Source: a bacterium
GTDB lineage: Bacteria; UBA8248
Length of the DNA: 64,000 nt
Direction: 5' to 3'
NCBI GenBank assembly: GCA_965200245.1
Contig: CBDATS010000004.1
Coordinates: 352,001-416,000 of the forward strand
The notes under the pieces are model-generated. The model searched no databases and was not told the origin of the DNA. It saw only the letters and a program-made list of their open reading frames with translations. Positions 41,377 to 52,506 of the stretch are shown one piece after another. Made by a program: the position numbers and the translations under genes. The stretch's first letter is position 1; each line of letters starts with the position of its first letter.

Positions 41377-42638
41377 GAGATGAACTCCCTCGGGTCCGCC
41401 ACGCGGCCCTTGATGGCGCTCGCCGCCACCGTGGCGGCAGAAGCGAGGTATATCGACGCCTCGGCGCTTCCCATGCGTCCCTTGTAGTTGCGGTTGGCCG
41501 AGGAGATGCACACCTCCCCGTCTCCGAGTTGTCCGGCTCCCCTGCCCGCGCAGACGCCGCACGTGGTGGGCAGGAGAACGCCGCCCGCGTCGATGATCGC
41601 GCCGAGCGTGCCGTCGGCCATGGCCTTGCGCATGATATCCTTGCTCGCAGGTGCAATGAGCAGTTGCACCCCGTGGGCAACCCGCCTGCCTTCGAGTACC
41701 TCTGCCGCCGCCTGCAAATCGAGGAATTTCGCCCCCGTGCACGATCCGATGTGCGCGCGATGAAGAGGAGGCGATTCGACCTCTTCGACCGGGTATACGT
41801 TGTCCATCCTGTGGGGACACGCCACCTGGGGCGAGAGGTCCGACACGTCATATTCATACGATGCAGAATACGCGGCGTCAGAGTCTGAGCGCACGGCCTC
41901 CCAGCTTTCCTCCACCCCTGCGTTCCTGAGGTATTCCGCCGTCGCCTCATCCACATCCATGATGGCACTTTTGGCGCTGAACTCAGCCGCCATGTTCGAA
42001 AGCGTCATGCGGTCCTCGACGGGAAGCGACATGAGCGCCTCGCCCGAGAATTCGAGCACCTTGTACTCCGCGCCGTCGACCCTCAAATCCCTGAGCGCGA
42101 GCAGCGCCATGTCCTTGCCATAAACGCCTTCCGGAACCCGGCCGGTGTAGTGGACCCGAATCGTCTCGGGCACGCGGAGCCAGACCTCCCCCCTGGCGAG
42201 TACGCCGATGCTCTCCGTAGGGCCGATGGCCACGCCCAGCGCACCGAGCGCACCCGTGTTGGTGGTGTGGCTGTCGGTACCTGTGACGAGAACACCCGGA
42301 CGCACGAAGCCTTTCTCCGCCATCAGGATGTGGCAGATGCCCTCCGCGTCGTAGAAATGGGAGAGTTCCTGTTCGGCCGCCCAGGCTCTGGTGACGTTCA
42401 GCACCTTCGACTGCGAATCGCCTGTGGGCGGATTGTGATGATCAGCCGTGAGCATGAAGCGATCCTTGTTCCAGATGGGAAGGCCCAGTTCGGCGAAATC
42501 CTTCCCCATGCGGAACGGTCCCTGATTGTCGTGCATGACGTGAGCATCGACCTTCGCCCATACGATATCACCCACGTCCACGCGCTCACGCCCGCTGGCG
42601 CGGGCCAGGATTTTCTGCGTAGCGGTATCCCCGGACAA
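41373..42638 (-). CDS. LeuC/DmdA-like aconitase-family dehydratase large subunit
   Basis: GICH, DSHT, IGSCTG, CGVCAG and NRNYKGRMG motifs. Confidence 0.9.
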   Translation of the reverse strand: MSGDTATQKILARASGRERVDVGDIVWAKVDAHVMHDNQGPFRMGKDFAELGLPIWNKDRFMLTADHHNPPTGDSQSKVLNVTRAWAAEQELSHFYDAEGICHILMAEKGFVRPGVLVTGTDSHTTNTGALGALGVAIGPTESIGVLARGEVWLRVPETIRVHYTGRVPEGVYGKDMALLALRDLRVDGAEYKVLEFSGEALMSLPVEDRMTLSNMAAEFSAKSAIMDVDEATAEYLRNAGVEESWEAVRSDSDAAYSASYEYDVSDLSPQVACPHRMDNVYPVEEVESPPLHRAHIGSCTGAKFLDLQAAAEVLEGRRVAHGVQLLIAPASKDIMRKAMADGTLGAIIDAGGVLLPTTCGVCAGRGAGQLGDGEVCISSANRNYKGRMGSAEASIYLASAATVAASAIKGRVADPREFIS

Positions 42639-42743
42639 GATGTTCTCCTTCGATATGAGGGGGTGCGCAAATACAAGAGTCCTGTATACTCATCTTGTCG
42701 CACACTATTGAACGCAAAGCAAGACTTCGGACCCGGAGACGAA

Positions 42744-43349
42744 ATGGCCAGGGACAGGGAAATCGACCGCAAGGCGTTCTTCAAGGAAGGGCCTCTCTCC
42801 TTCATCCGTGCCTTCATGCAGGGGGTGCATCATGGGGAGACGAGAATCCAGCGTTCGGACCTCGACGGCCCTCTCCTGCGCCCACCGGGCGCAGCGGTGG
42901 AAGTCGATTTTCTCGACCGCTGCACGGGCAGCGCGCAATGCGCGCTCGCGTGTCCGGCCGACGCCATACTGATGCTCCCGCGCGAGGACGGATCGGGCCT
43001 CGAAGCGCCCCGCATCATCCCGGCCGATGGAGCATGTGTGGTCTGCGACGACCTCTCCTGCATGAAGGTCTGCCCCACCGACGCGCTCCTCCTCGTACCC
43101 CGCGAGGAGATTCGAATGGGCTTGGCGCAGGTGAACGCGGAGACCTGCCTCGCCTGGAACGGGATGGACGAGGAGTGCAACTACTGTGCGACGCGCTGTC
43201 CCATCGGGGAGAGCGCCATACGCATTGAGGAAAAAGAGGACGCGAAAGGTCCCGTCATCGGCGAGGCCTGCGTGGGCTGCGGAACCTGCGAGTTTCACTG
43301 CCCCGAATACCCGGGCGCCGTGCGCGTGTTCCCCATCGAATCTTCCTGA
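42744..43349 (+). CDS. NapG/MauM-type multi-[4Fe-4S] ferredoxin
   Basis: LRPPGA, C..C....C..VCP, C..C...CP and CVGCGTCEFHCP motifs. Confidence 0.85.
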   Translation: MARDREIDRKAFFKEGPLSFIRAFMQGVHHGETRIQRSDLDGPLLRPPGAAVEVDFLDRCTGSAQCALACPADAILMLPREDGSGLEAPRIIPADGACVVCDDLSCMKVCPTDALLLVPREEIRMGLAQVNAETCLAWNGMDEECNYCATRCPIGESAIRIEEKEDAKGPVIGEACVGCGTCEFHCPEYPGAVRVFPIESS

Positions 43350-43414
43350 AGTGCAATCATCCGGGAACACCGACTTTCCGCCTCGCATAGGGAACCCGGC
43401 TCACGTAGTGTGAA

Positions 43415-43915
43415 TCAGGAAAATTCCTCTTTCAGGATTTCGTGAATGAACCGCTGGACGGCCAGGGGGTAGAAGCGGATGTCCGGCGTGCGGACGACGG
43501 CGGTGTCGGTGGTTTCCAGACGCGCGAGTTCGTTCAGCACCTTTTCCACCAGAACCTCCGGGCTCCATTCATGGTGGGTGATTTTCAGGTACTCGTTCTC
43601 GATGTTGAAATCACCCGCACCAACATCGGGAAAGGCGAACACGCGGCCGATGAGGTCGGAATCCATCATTTCGGAATCCTTGAAAATCTCGCCGAACGTC
43701 TTTTGTGCCTGGGCGGGCGTCCACACAAGCTTGGGAGACACCAGTAGTTTCCCGGCTATCTGCACAGAACCCTGCTCCTCTCGCATCTCGGGGCCGAGCA
43801 CCCGGTAGCCGAGTTCATGGTAGCCCGAGACGATGCCCAAGAAAGGCCGCTGGATGATGCGAATCTCCTCGCTCACTTGCCTGTGAAAATCGCGCTGCAT
43901 GTCATCGTCGAACAT
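43415..43915 (-). CDS. Hypothetical protein downstream of hemY
   Basis: Clean ORF MFDDDMQRDF...EEFS with GGAG RBS; no family recognised. Confidence 0.7.
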   Translation of the reverse strand: MFDDDMQRDFHRQVSEEIRIIQRPFLGIVSGYHELGYRVLGPEMREEQGSVQIAGKLLVSPKLVWTPAQAQKTFGEIFKDSEMMDSDLIGRVFAFPDVGAGDFNIENEYLKITHHEWSPEVLVEKVLNELARLETTDTAVVRTPDIRFYPLAVQRFIHEILKEEFS

Positions 43916-44024
43916 CGAAACGTCTCCGTCGGGTCTGAAAATCAGAACAGAAAACACAGGCAGATGTTGATACCAAATGCTGCAGCACCCGGTCAAACGA
44001 TGCGGGACCGCGGGCGAGCCTCCC

Positions 44025-45479
44025 CTATTCTCGTCTCTTCTTTCCGGAATCAACAGCCCGCAAATAGTCTGAAATCTTGTCCGCCGCCTCGTTCGCCGAT
44101 TTCACGCAATCGGGAATCCCCACGCCGCGATAGGCGTTTCCCGCGAGCGCAAGACCCGGTGTTCCCTCTAATTCACCTTCGATTCTTCCTATCTTGTCCA
44201 GATGGCCCACCAGATAATGCGGCAGGGATTCCTCATAGCGATAAAATGCTTTTCTCTCTGGTTCTCCAGAAATCCCCAGAATGGGCCGGAGTTCCTCCAC
44301 AAGTCTCCGGGTGAGTTCCTCACCCGAGAGTCCCGCCCTGGAGGCGGCTTCTCCACCCGCGAATGCACGGATGAGCACTTTTCCCGCGGGAACCCTGCCC
44401 GCGAACTTGGTGCTCGAAAAAGAACACGCAAGGAGTGTCTTGTTCTCTATTGCAGGCACGACGAAGCCCATCGCATGGAGCGGGTTCGCCACCTGTTCGG
44501 CGCGGTACACCAGATTGAGCGTCGCCAAAGAGCCGCTGGGTATGCTCATGAGTTCTTTCGAGACAGCGGGCGATGCTCTCTTGAGCACTCTCCCCGCAAC
44601 ACGGGGTGGCAGGGTGACGCATACCGCGTCAGCTTCCATCCTTTCCCCGTCTTCCAGAAAAACGCGCCAGCCTTGTTCCTTTCTTTCGAGCGATTCGGCC
44701 CGGCAACCCAGCCGAACCGATACACCATCCATCTTCTCCACCAATGCGTCCGCCAGCACACCCATCCCGCGTGCGAAACTCACAAACAGGCCATACCTTG
44801 GTCCGCTCGCAGACACACCTTCGTCCGCACCTCTCCTTTGCATCCGCTTTCTGAGTCCCAGGATAAGACTTCCGTGCTCCCGCTCCATTTCGTGGAACTG
44901 CGGCATGGTGGCCTTCAGGCTTAAACTTTCGGGGTCCGCCGAATAGATGCCCGCCACCATGGGCTGTGCCATTCGTTCAAGCGCCTCGCGCCCGAACCGC
45001 CTGCGCACGAAATCGGCCAGGGATTCATCCGCGTCCTCCCTTCTCCGAGGCAGGAGGATGTCCATCGCCATCCTGATCTTGCCGAACAGACTGAAAACGG
45101 GCGAGGTGAGAAACGGGCCGATTTGATAGGGTGCGAGCAGGTAATATCCCCGGGGCACGGGGAGCAGTGCCTGGTCCCTCAAGACGAAGCTTCGCCGATG
45201 GCACTCGTTCGTTCCGACAAGCCCTTCCCCGATACCCAGTTCCTCGCAGAGTGCGACACCTTCGGGCTTCGTGGTGAGAAAACAATCGGGTCCTTTTTCC
45301 ATCAGCAAGCCGTCCGAGAATTCGGTCTCGATGACGCCTCCGAGCCTGTGTGACGCCTCGATGAGATGGACTTTCAAAGGCGCCTCCTGCGCCTCGGAAA
45401 CCTGGAGGAGCCGGTAACACGCGACAAGCCCCGTCACTCCACCGCCGAGTACGACCACCTGCCGGACGCCGGAATTCAA
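44025..45479 (-). CDS. hemY: Protoporphyrinogen/coproporphyrinogen oxidase (HemY type)
   Basis: VLGGGVTGL, RLGGVI, EKGPDCF and GVGIPDCV motifs; TTG start overlaps the hemH stop. Confidence 0.93.
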   Translation of the reverse strand: MNSGVRQVVVLGGGVTGLVACYRLLQVSEAQEAPLKVHLIEASHRLGGVIETEFSDGLLMEKGPDCFLTTKPEGVALCEELGIGEGLVGTNECHRRSFVLRDQALLPVPRGYYLLAPYQIGPFLTSPVFSLFGKIRMAMDILLPRRREDADESLADFVRRRFGREALERMAQPMVAGIYSADPESLSLKATMPQFHEMEREHGSLILGLRKRMQRRGADEGVSASGPRYGLFVSFARGMGVLADALVEKMDGVSVRLGCRAESLERKEQGWRVFLEDGERMEADAVCVTLPPRVAGRVLKRASPAVSKELMSIPSGSLATLNLVYRAEQVANPLHAMGFVVPAIENKTLLACSFSSTKFAGRVPAGKVLIRAFAGGEAASRAGLSGEELTRRLVEELRPILGISGEPERKAFYRYEESLPHYLVGHLDKIGRIEGELEGTPGLALAGNAYRGVGIPDCVKSANEAADKISDYLRAVDSGKKRRE

Positions 45480-46438
45480 TTTCCGACTCCCGTCATCTTC
45501 GTGCGCACCAGTTCGGAAAGCATCTCGATGAAGGCGGGGTGCGTCCCCACCGTAGGAGCGCGGTAGAAACGAAGCCCCGCCGTCTCGGCCACTTCGCGCG
45601 CTTCGATATCGAGATCGAAGAGCACCTCCACGTGATCGCATATGAAACCGATGGGTACGAGCAGGACGGCTTTGGCGCCAGCGGAAGCGACGCTCTCGAT
45701 CACCTCTGTCACGTCCGGGCCAAGCCAAGTTCCGGGGGGAGCGTCCGGACTGCTCTGGAAGCCGGCTTCATAGTTCCCAAGCCCCAGCTTTTGCGCCGCG
45801 AGAGACGCCGATTCCCGGAATTCTTCCTCATACGAAGAAGTCCTGGCCATTGAAACGGGGATGGAATGGGCCGTAAAAATAACTTTCACGTCATCCAGGT
45901 CGTCCTCTTGCAGAAGAGTTCGCCTAATCCGTTCGGCGACGGCACCGATGAAGCCTGGATGTTCATGCCAGGGCGTCTCGAGGAATTCGGCATTGGGTGC
46001 TTCTTCGCCCAATTCCTCACACGCCGTAAGGACAGCCCCTTGGTAGGCCTCCCAACTGATTTTCGTACGATGAGGGGCGAGCACCACGCCCAGGGCGCGC
46101 CTGAGCCCGCGTCTGCCCATCTCGGCCAGCGTCTCTTTCACGTATGGCGTCCAGAAGCGATAGCCCGTGTAGACGGGAACACCCGTACCCGCCCGTTCCA
46201 GCGCCATCTCGAGCGCGCCCGCCTGTTTCTGGGAAAAATACGTGAACGGTGAGACGCCGCCAAAGTATTCATAGTGCGCAGCCACTTTCCGGATGCGCTC
46301 GGGGCCACCCGCTCTTTGACCGACGATGCCCTCCACATAGCAATACGCCTCGCCCGGACATTCATTGTAGCGGCGGCAGCAACCCCGCGTGGGGCCGCCG
46401 AAACCGACCATGATGATGGAATCGAACCCGCCTTTCAT
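45476..46438 (-). CDS. hemH: Ferrochelatase with N-terminal Cys-rich insertion
   Basis: GG.SP, FTAHSIP, WLGPDV and PIGFICDHVEVLFDLD motifs. Confidence 0.93.
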   Translation of the reverse strand: MKGGFDSIIMVGFGGPTRGCCRRYNECPGEAYCYVEGIVGQRAGGPERIRKVAAHYEYFGGVSPFTYFSQKQAGALEMALERAGTGVPVYTGYRFWTPYVKETLAEMGRRGLRRALGVVLAPHRTKISWEAYQGAVLTACEELGEEAPNAEFLETPWHEHPGFIGAVAERIRRTLLQEDDLDDVKVIFTAHSIPVSMARTSSYEEEFRESASLAAQKLGLGNYEAGFQSSPDAPPGTWLGPDVTEVIESVASAGAKAVLLVPIGFICDHVEVLFDLDIEAREVAETAGLRFYRAPTVGTHPAFIEMLSELVRTKMTGVGN

Positions 46439-47502
46439 TCTTCTCCACTTTCCCATTCGTGAACGAAATCGATGAGTCTCTTGACGTTGTCGACCGGTGT
46501 GCCCGGTAAAATGCCGTGTCCCAGATTGAAGATGTGTCCCGGAAGCGCGTTCGCCTGGCGCAGGATATCCCCCGTCTGCTTGAAAATGCGCTCGGGCTCC
46601 GCGAACAGGACGCACGGGTCGAGGTTTCCCTGGACGCCCAAATCGCCCAGCCGCGCTCTGGCATCTGCCAGTTCCACGCGGAAATCCACCCCTACCACGT
46701 CGCCGCCCGCTCCAGCGAACGCCTCGAGATAGGGTGCGGTTCCCGTACCGAAGTGGATGACGGGCGCATCCTTTTCAATGCCCGTAATCAGCGCGCGGCT
46801 GTGCGGCAGGACAAACTCCCGGAAATCGCCCGGAGAGAGGCATCCCACCCAACTGTCGAAAATTTGCACCGCCTGCGCGCCTGCATGAACTTGTTCGTTC
46901 AGATAGATGGTCAGCCCCCGCACGAGCTTTTCCATCAGCGCATGCCACGCACCCGAATCTGCGTACATGAACCTTTTGGTGTTCTCGAAATTACGCGAGC
47001 CTGTGCCTTCGATCATATACGACGCGAGCGTGAAAGGCGCACCGCAAAAACCGATGAGCGGAAGCGCGGGATTCATCTGCTGCCTGGTCTTTCGGACCGC
47101 CTCGAACACAAAACCAAGGCTCTCGCGCGGTTCCGCCTCCTTGAGCCGTTCCACGTCCAGGGCCTCGCGAACCGGATTGTGGAGAACGGGGCCGTCGCCA
47201 CTCAGGTATTCCAGATCCATGCCCATCGGCTGGAGAATGAGCAATATGTCGGAGAACAAAATGGCAGCGTCCGCGCCGATGGCATCCAGAGCCGTTATGG
47301 CGACCTCGGCGGCCAGATCGGGCGTGCGGCAAAGCTCGATGAAAGGGATTTTCTCACGAACGGCGCGGTATTCGCGCATGTACCTGCCCGCTTGCCGCAT
47401 AAGCCAGACGGGCGTCTTCCTGTTAGGAAGCCCCCGACATGCGCGCATGAAGGCAGAATCCTCATAACGAGGTGCGTCTTCTTCCCTAGGATGCGCTGGC
47501 AT
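46435..47502 (-). CDS. hemE: Uroporphyrinogen decarboxylase
   Basis: PVWLMRQAGRY, AAILFSDIL, QIFDSW and FNLGHG motifs. Confidence 0.97.
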   Translation of the reverse strand: MPAHPREEDAPRYEDSAFMRACRGLPNRKTPVWLMRQAGRYMREYRAVREKIPFIELCRTPDLAAEVAITALDAIGADAAILFSDILLILQPMGMDLEYLSGDGPVLHNPVREALDVERLKEAEPRESLGFVFEAVRKTRQQMNPALPLIGFCGAPFTLASYMIEGTGSRNFENTKRFMYADSGAWHALMEKLVRGLTIYLNEQVHAGAQAVQIFDSWVGCLSPGDFREFVLPHSRALITGIEKDAPVIHFGTGTAPYLEAFAGAGGDVVGVDFRVELADARARLGDLGVQGNLDPCVLFAEPERIFKQTGDILRQANALPGHIFNLGHGILPGTPVDNVKRLIDFVHEWESGEE

Positions 47503-47699
47503 GAACCCCTCCCGTGAAGCGGTGAGAACCCGCCCTTCCAGACGAGCCTGAGGAAGTCAGTCTAATCCAAAATGCGCGCGCGCGACTATCGGGCGAGCCG
47601 TTCCCGGACGATGCAGGAAAACCTCCGCTCGCTGGACAACACCGATTCAGGTAAGATAAACAAGGATTCTTGATTTCGGGCGACTTGCCCCGACACCCC

Positions 47700-47774
47700 G
47701 GCGCCATAGCCAAGTGGTAAGGCAGAGGACTGCAAATCCTTTATTCCCCGGTTCGAATCCGGGTGGCGCCTCCA
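47700..47774 (+). tRNA. tRNA-Cys (GCA)
   Basis: GGCGCCA acceptor stem, anticodon GCA at 47732-47734, GTTCGAATC T-loop, encoded CCA. Confidence 0.97.
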
Positions 47775-47798
47775 ATATCTTCGGAGGAAAACGATACG

Positions 47799-48426
47799 AT
47801 GGAGAATACGACCGCAGCGCCCCGGATTGAAACCAGGGAACAACTTCGCGAGTTCTACGGCCCGGCCAACGAGCGCAGCGTCAGGAAACAGATGGCGAAA
47901 CTCGACGGACACGCGAAGAACTTCATTGCACTCTCTCCGTTCATGGTCATTGCCTCCGCCACGGCGGAAGGCGCGGACGCATCCCCCAAGGGGGACCCGC
48001 CCGGATTCGTCAAGGTGATCGACGACAACACCCTCCTCATCCCCGACAGGCCGGGTAACAACCGCGTGGACACAATGAGCAATATCGTGGAAAACAACCA
48101 TATCGGCCTCATCTTCCTGGTACCCGGCATGTGCGAGACGCTGCGCGTGAACGGGCGCGCGCGCATCACGACGGACCCCTGAAACCCTCGAGCCACTCTC
48201 GGTGAAGGGAAGGCTCCCTCGCTCGGCGATGATCGTCGATGTGGACGACGTGTACCTCCACTGCGGCAAGGCTCTCATCCGCGCAGATATGTGGAACCCG
48301 GAAAACCACATCGAGAGAAAGTCGTTCCCCTCGATGGGCCATATGCTCGCCGACCAGATTGGCGGTTACGAACCGGTGGAACTCGACAGGAATGTTCAGG
48401 AGGGATACCAGACGAACCTCTACTAG
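47799..48426 (+). CDS. Pyridoxamine 5'-phosphate oxidase-like flavin-binding protein (MSMEG_1061 type), +1 frameshift near 48178
   Basis: DASPKGDPPGFV, PDRPGNNRVD and ETLRVNGRA join VYLHCGKALIRA after removing one C. Confidence 0.85.
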
Positions 48427-48454
48427 ACGCGAACGGGACGGACGCGAAGTCCTG

Positions 48455-50371
48455 CTAATGCGTTTCTCTTAGATAAACGACCGCTAGCGGGGGCAGCGTG
48501 ATCCCTATCGAATATGGTTGCTCGTTCAGGGGCCCCGCCACCGCGTGACAGCCGCCCGGATTGCCCATGCCTCTGCCTCCGTAGATTTCCGCATCACTGT
48601 TCAGCACCTCGACCCACTCGCCGTCGGCGGGAACACCCATGCGATAATCCGTTCTGGACACGGGCGTCAGGTTCGCCGCCACGAGCAGCATGGGTTCATC
48701 CTCCGTGGCAACCCGCACGAATCCCACCACGCTGTCATCGGCCGCGTCCACCGCCACCCACATGAAGCCGCTCGGATCGTAATCCCTGCGGAACAGGGCC
48801 CGCTCGTGGTGGTACAAGGCGTTCAGGTCGCGTACCCATTTCATCAGTCCGGCTCGTAAAGGCTCCTGGGTGAGATCCCAGTCGAGTGCGCCGTCGTGGT
48901 TCCATTCGCGCCACTGACCAAATTCCCCGCCCATGAACAGGAGCTTCTTGCCGGGTTGGGCGAACATCAGTCCGTAAAGCGCACGCAGATTCGAGAATTT
49001 GCGATGGTTGTTTCCCGGCATCTTGCCCAGCAGGGAGTTTTTGCCGTGCACCACCTCGTCGTGAGACAGGGGCAGCACGAAATTCTCGTTATATGCGTAG
49101 AGCATCCGGAACGTGAGCAGGTTGTGGTGATACTTGCGGTGCACGGGGTCTTTCTTCATGTACGCGAGCGAATCGTGCATCCAGCCCATGTCCCACTTCA
49201 TGCCGAAGCCCAGCCCTCCCGCATCGACGGGTCTGGAAACCATCGGCCAGGCGGTGGATTCTTCCGCAATGGTCTGCACGTCGGGGAACCGGCGGTAGAC
49301 TTCCGTGTTCAGGCGGCGAAGGAAAGAGATAGCATCCAGATTCTCGCGGCCACCCTCCGCGTTGGGGATCCACTCGCCCTCTTTCCTTGAATAATCGAGA
49401 TAGAGCATCGATGCCACACCGTCGACGCGAAGCCCGTCGGCGTGGAAATGCTCAAGCCAATACAGAGCGCTGCTTATCAGGAAGGCCGTGACTTCGTTCC
49501 GCCCGTAGTTGAAGATATTGCTAAGCCAGTCGGGGTGAACCCCCCGCCTGGGGTCGGCGTGCTCGTAGAGATGGGTTCCGTCGAAAAAACCCAGTCCATG
49601 CCCGTCCGTGGTGAAGTGCGAGGGTACCCAGTCGAGTATGACGCCCAGGCCGCGCTGGTGGAGATAGTCGATGAGATACATCAGGTCCTGAGGCGTCCCG
49701 AAACGGCTCGTGGGTGAGAAATAGCCCGTGATCTGATACCCCCAAGAACCGTTGAAAGGGTGTTCCATCACCGGCAGGAACTCGACGTGTGTGAAACCCG
49801 TGTGGAGCATGTGCTCTGTGAGCTGGGGGGCGAGTTCCCTGTAGGTGAGGGGGCGATTTTCTCGACCTCCCGTGCGCCGCCACGAACCGATGTGCATCTC
49901 GTAGATGGAAATGGGCGCTTCGCGGCCATTGCACGCGCCACGGCACTCCATCCAGTCATCATCCCCCCATTCGTAGTCGAGACCCCATACGACCGAGCCG
50001 CTCTTCGGCGGAACTTCGCTGTAAAACGCGAAAGGATCCGCCTTTTCCAGCCGGTAGCCACCGAACTGCGAGTGAATCCTGTACTTGTATACCTCGCCCG
50101 TCTTCACGCCCGGAATAAACCCCGCCCAAATGCCCGAGCTTTCGATCGACGCCAGCGGGTGGGAGTTTTCGTCCCAGCCGTTGAAATCCCCGATGACGCT
50201 CACCGAATCCGCGTTCGGTGCCCATACGGCGAAGTGAACGCCCTGCTCCCCTTCGAGCGTCATGGGATGCGCTCCCATTTTTTCATACAAGGTAAAATGG
50301 GAACCCTGGTTAAACAGATAAATATCGTAATCAGTAATATAGGAAAGCACAGGGTAGTGGACGACGCTCAC
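48455..50371 (-). CDS. glgB: 1,4-alpha-glucan branching enzyme
   Basis: [32 protein letters not shown] and [10 protein letters not shown] motifs; GTG start overlaps the glgX stop. Confidence 0.97.
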   Translation of the reverse strand: MSVVHYPVLSYITDYDIYLFNQGSHFTLYEKMGAHPMTLEGEQGVHFAVWAPNADSVSVIGDFNGWDENSHPLASIESSGIWAGFIPGVKTGEVYKYRIHSQFGGYRLEKADPFAFYSEVPPKSGSVVWGLDYEWGDDDWMECRGACNGREAPISIYEMHIGSWRRTGGRENRPLTYRELAPQLTEHMLHTGFTHVEFLPVMEHPFNGSWGYQITGYFSPTSRFGTPQDLMYLIDYLHQRGLGVILDWVPSHFTTDGHGLGFFDGTHLYEHADPRRGVHPDWLSNIFNYGRNEVTAFLISSALYWLEHFHADGLRVDGVASMLYLDYSRKEGEWIPNAEGGRENLDAISFLRRLNTEVYRRFPDVQTIAEESTAWPMVSRPVDAGGLGFGMKWDMGWMHDSLAYMKKDPVHRKYHHNLLTFRMLYAYNENFVLPLSHDEVVHGKNSLLGKMPGNNHRKFSNLRALYGLMFAQPGKKLLFMGGEFGQWREWNHDGALDWDLTQEPLRAGLMKWVRDLNALYHHERALFRRDYDPSGFMWVAVDAADDSVVGFVRVATEDEPMLLVAANLTPVSRTDYRMGVPADGEWVEVLNSDAEIYGGRGMGNPGGCHAVAGPLNEQPYSIGITLPPLAVVYLRETH

Positions 50372-52506
50372 GGGGCCACCTCCTCCTGCACCAGAGGCGG
50401 TTCGTTGCGGCCTCTCAGCAAGGCCAGTGACTCTCCAGCGAGAAGGTAGGAATTGCCTGAGTGAATCCGCCAGGTCCATCCTTTTTCATCGAATTCGGAC
50501 GTATCCATCACCACTGTCCATCTCTTGTTTCTGTCTTCTGTAAGGAAAACGAAGGGAATCGCCTCATGGTGCGCGTTCATCAGCACCATGAAAATATCAC
50601 GATTCCTGCCCCCATGCCGAGAAAAAAGACCGCCGCCCGCCGCCTCCCTCAGCCTGAAGCCGAAACACTTCATATAATGCACTTCCCACTCTTCCGCCCT
50701 CAGTTCATGGCCCAGGTGATGGAGCCAGATGACCCCGGGTCTATCCGACCCGTGCAGGCTTTTTTTCGGGAAAATCTCCATCCGTCGAAACGCCGTTTTA
50801 GACCCGGTCCAGCGGATCAGGTGTTTGACGAAAGAGAGCAGTTCTCCGTTCTTTTCCGCCAATCCCCAGTCTACCCAGGAAGTCCCGTTGTCCTGGCAAT
50901 AGGCGTTGTTGTTCCCCGACTGCGTGCGTCCGAACTCGTCTCCCGCCTGGAGCATCGGCACGCCCTGGGAGAGAAACAGGCTCGCGAGCAGATTGCGTTT
51001 GCGCCGCGCGCGCATGTCCGAAACGAACGGGTCTTCGGTCGGACCCTCCACCCCGCCGTTCCAGCTGTAGTTCTCATCCGCGCCGTCCCTGTTGCCTTCC
51101 CCGTTCGCCTCGTTGTGCTTGTGCTGAAAGCTCACCAGATCCTCGAGCGTGAACCCGTCGTGGCAAGCGACGTAGTTCAGACTCGCCTGGGGTGAACGCC
51201 CGCCGGCCTCGAAAATATCGCTGCTTCCCGTCAGGCGCGTGGCGAACTCCGCCGCCTGACTGAAATCCGCGCGCCAGAACCTGCGCACCGCGTCGCGGAA
51301 CTTCCCGTTCCACTCTGCCCAGCCTTTCGGGAATTTCCCGAGTTGATAGCCTTCTCCCCCCAAATCCCAGGGTTCGGCGATGAGCTTGCGCTTCGAGAGA
51401 ACCGGGTCGTCCGCGATGGCCCCGAAAAAAGGGGATTCCGGGTCGAAATGTCTCTCGGTGCGCGCGAGGGAGGGTGCGAGATCGAACCGGAAACCGTCAA
51501 CGTGAAATTCCTCCACCCAATAACGCATGCTGTCCACGATGAGACGCAGGAGCGCTGGATGAGAGACATTCAACGAATTGCCGCAGCCCGTTGTGTCGAG
51601 GTAGCGGCTCTCGTCCCCGGGATCAACGCGGTAATATGCCCGGTTGTCGAGCCCGCGAAACGCAAGATGCGGCCCTTTGAAATCTCCCTCGCCGGTATGG
51701 TTGTAGACCACGTCGAGAATCACCTCGATACCCGCGCGATGATAGGTCTTCACCATCTCCTTGAACTCATCGACCTGCCCGCCCCCCTCCTCCCGGCTGG
51801 AAAAACGCGCGTCGGGCGCGAAATAGCCTATCGTCCCGTATCCCCAATAGTTGGAAAGATCCATCCTTTGTAGACGCTGTTCGGATATCCGGTGTTGAAC
51901 GGGTAGCAGTTCGATGGCCGTCACGCCCAGTTCCCTGATGTAGTCGACCACGGACGGATGGGCCAGACCCGCGTAGGAACCCCTTATCTCCTCAGGCACT
52001 TCGGGATGCCGCGTGGTGAAACCCTTGACGTGCAACTCGTAGACGATGGTCTCGGCCCAGAATGTATCGGGCCGGGGGACACCCTCCCAATCGAAGGAAG
52101 AATCCACGAGCACGCTCCTGGGCGTAGCGTGTGCGTTGTCCCTCGCGTCGAAATGGTAGATGTCGCCGGCCGCGTATCCGTATATCTCTTCGCACCAGTG
52201 GACATCGCCCGCAATCGCCTTCGCATACGGGTCCAGCAGCACCTTGTGGGGATTGAAGCGATGCCCCTGCGCAGGTGCATAGGGGCCGTGGACGCGGAAC
52301 CCGTAGGGACGGCCCGCTTCGAGACCTCCCACCTCCACGCGCCAGATGTCACCCTGCCGCTCAAGGGGAATCCGCTGCGTTTCCATCCGGTGGTCATCCG
52401 CCTCGAACAGGCATAGCTCTACCCACTCCGCGTTCTCGGAGAAAAGGGAAAAGCGCACGCCTCCTGTCGTCCATTCGGCGCCCAAGTGCCCCTGTAGCTG
52501 ATTCAT
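50368..52506 (-). CDS. glgX: Glycogen debranching enzyme
   Basis: [34 protein letters not shown] and HDGFTL motifs. Confidence 0.97.
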   Translation of the reverse strand: MNQLQGHLGAEWTTGGVRFSLFSENAEWVELCLFEADDHRMETQRIPLERQGDIWRVEVGGLEAGRPYGFRVHGPYAPAQGHRFNPHKVLLDPYAKAIAGDVHWCEEIYGYAAGDIYHFDARDNAHATPRSVLVDSSFDWEGVPRPDTFWAETIVYELHVKGFTTRHPEVPEEIRGSYAGLAHPSVVDYIRELGVTAIELLPVQHRISEQRLQRMDLSNYWGYGTIGYFAPDARFSSREEGGGQVDEFKEMVKTYHRAGIEVILDVVYNHTGEGDFKGPHLAFRGLDNRAYYRVDPGDESRYLDTTGCGNSLNVSHPALLRLIVDSMRYWVEEFHVDGFRFDLAPSLARTERHFDPESPFFGAIADDPVLSKRKLIAEPWDLGGEGYQLGKFPKGWAEWNGKFRDAVRRFWRADFSQAAEFATRLTGSSDIFEAGGRSPQASLNYVACHDGFTLEDLVSFQHKHNEANGEGNRDGADENYSWNGGVEGPTEDPFVSDMRARRKRNLLASLFLSQGVPMLQAGDEFGRTQSGNNNAYCQDNGTSWVDWGLAEKNGELLSFVKHLIRWTGSKTAFRRMEIFPKKSLHGSDRPGVIWLHHLGHELRAEEWEVHYMKCFGFRLREAAGGGLFSRHGGRNRDIFMVLMNAHHEAIPFVFLTEDRNKRWTVVMDTSEFDEKGWTWRIHSGNSYLLAGESLALLRGRNEPPLVQEEVAP

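Noticed and set aside
47700-47800. tRNA-Cys as an island integration site
   Set aside because: No adjacent integrase and no duplicate of its 3' end. The TTCGAATCC hits near 5053 and 19974 lack tRNA stems.
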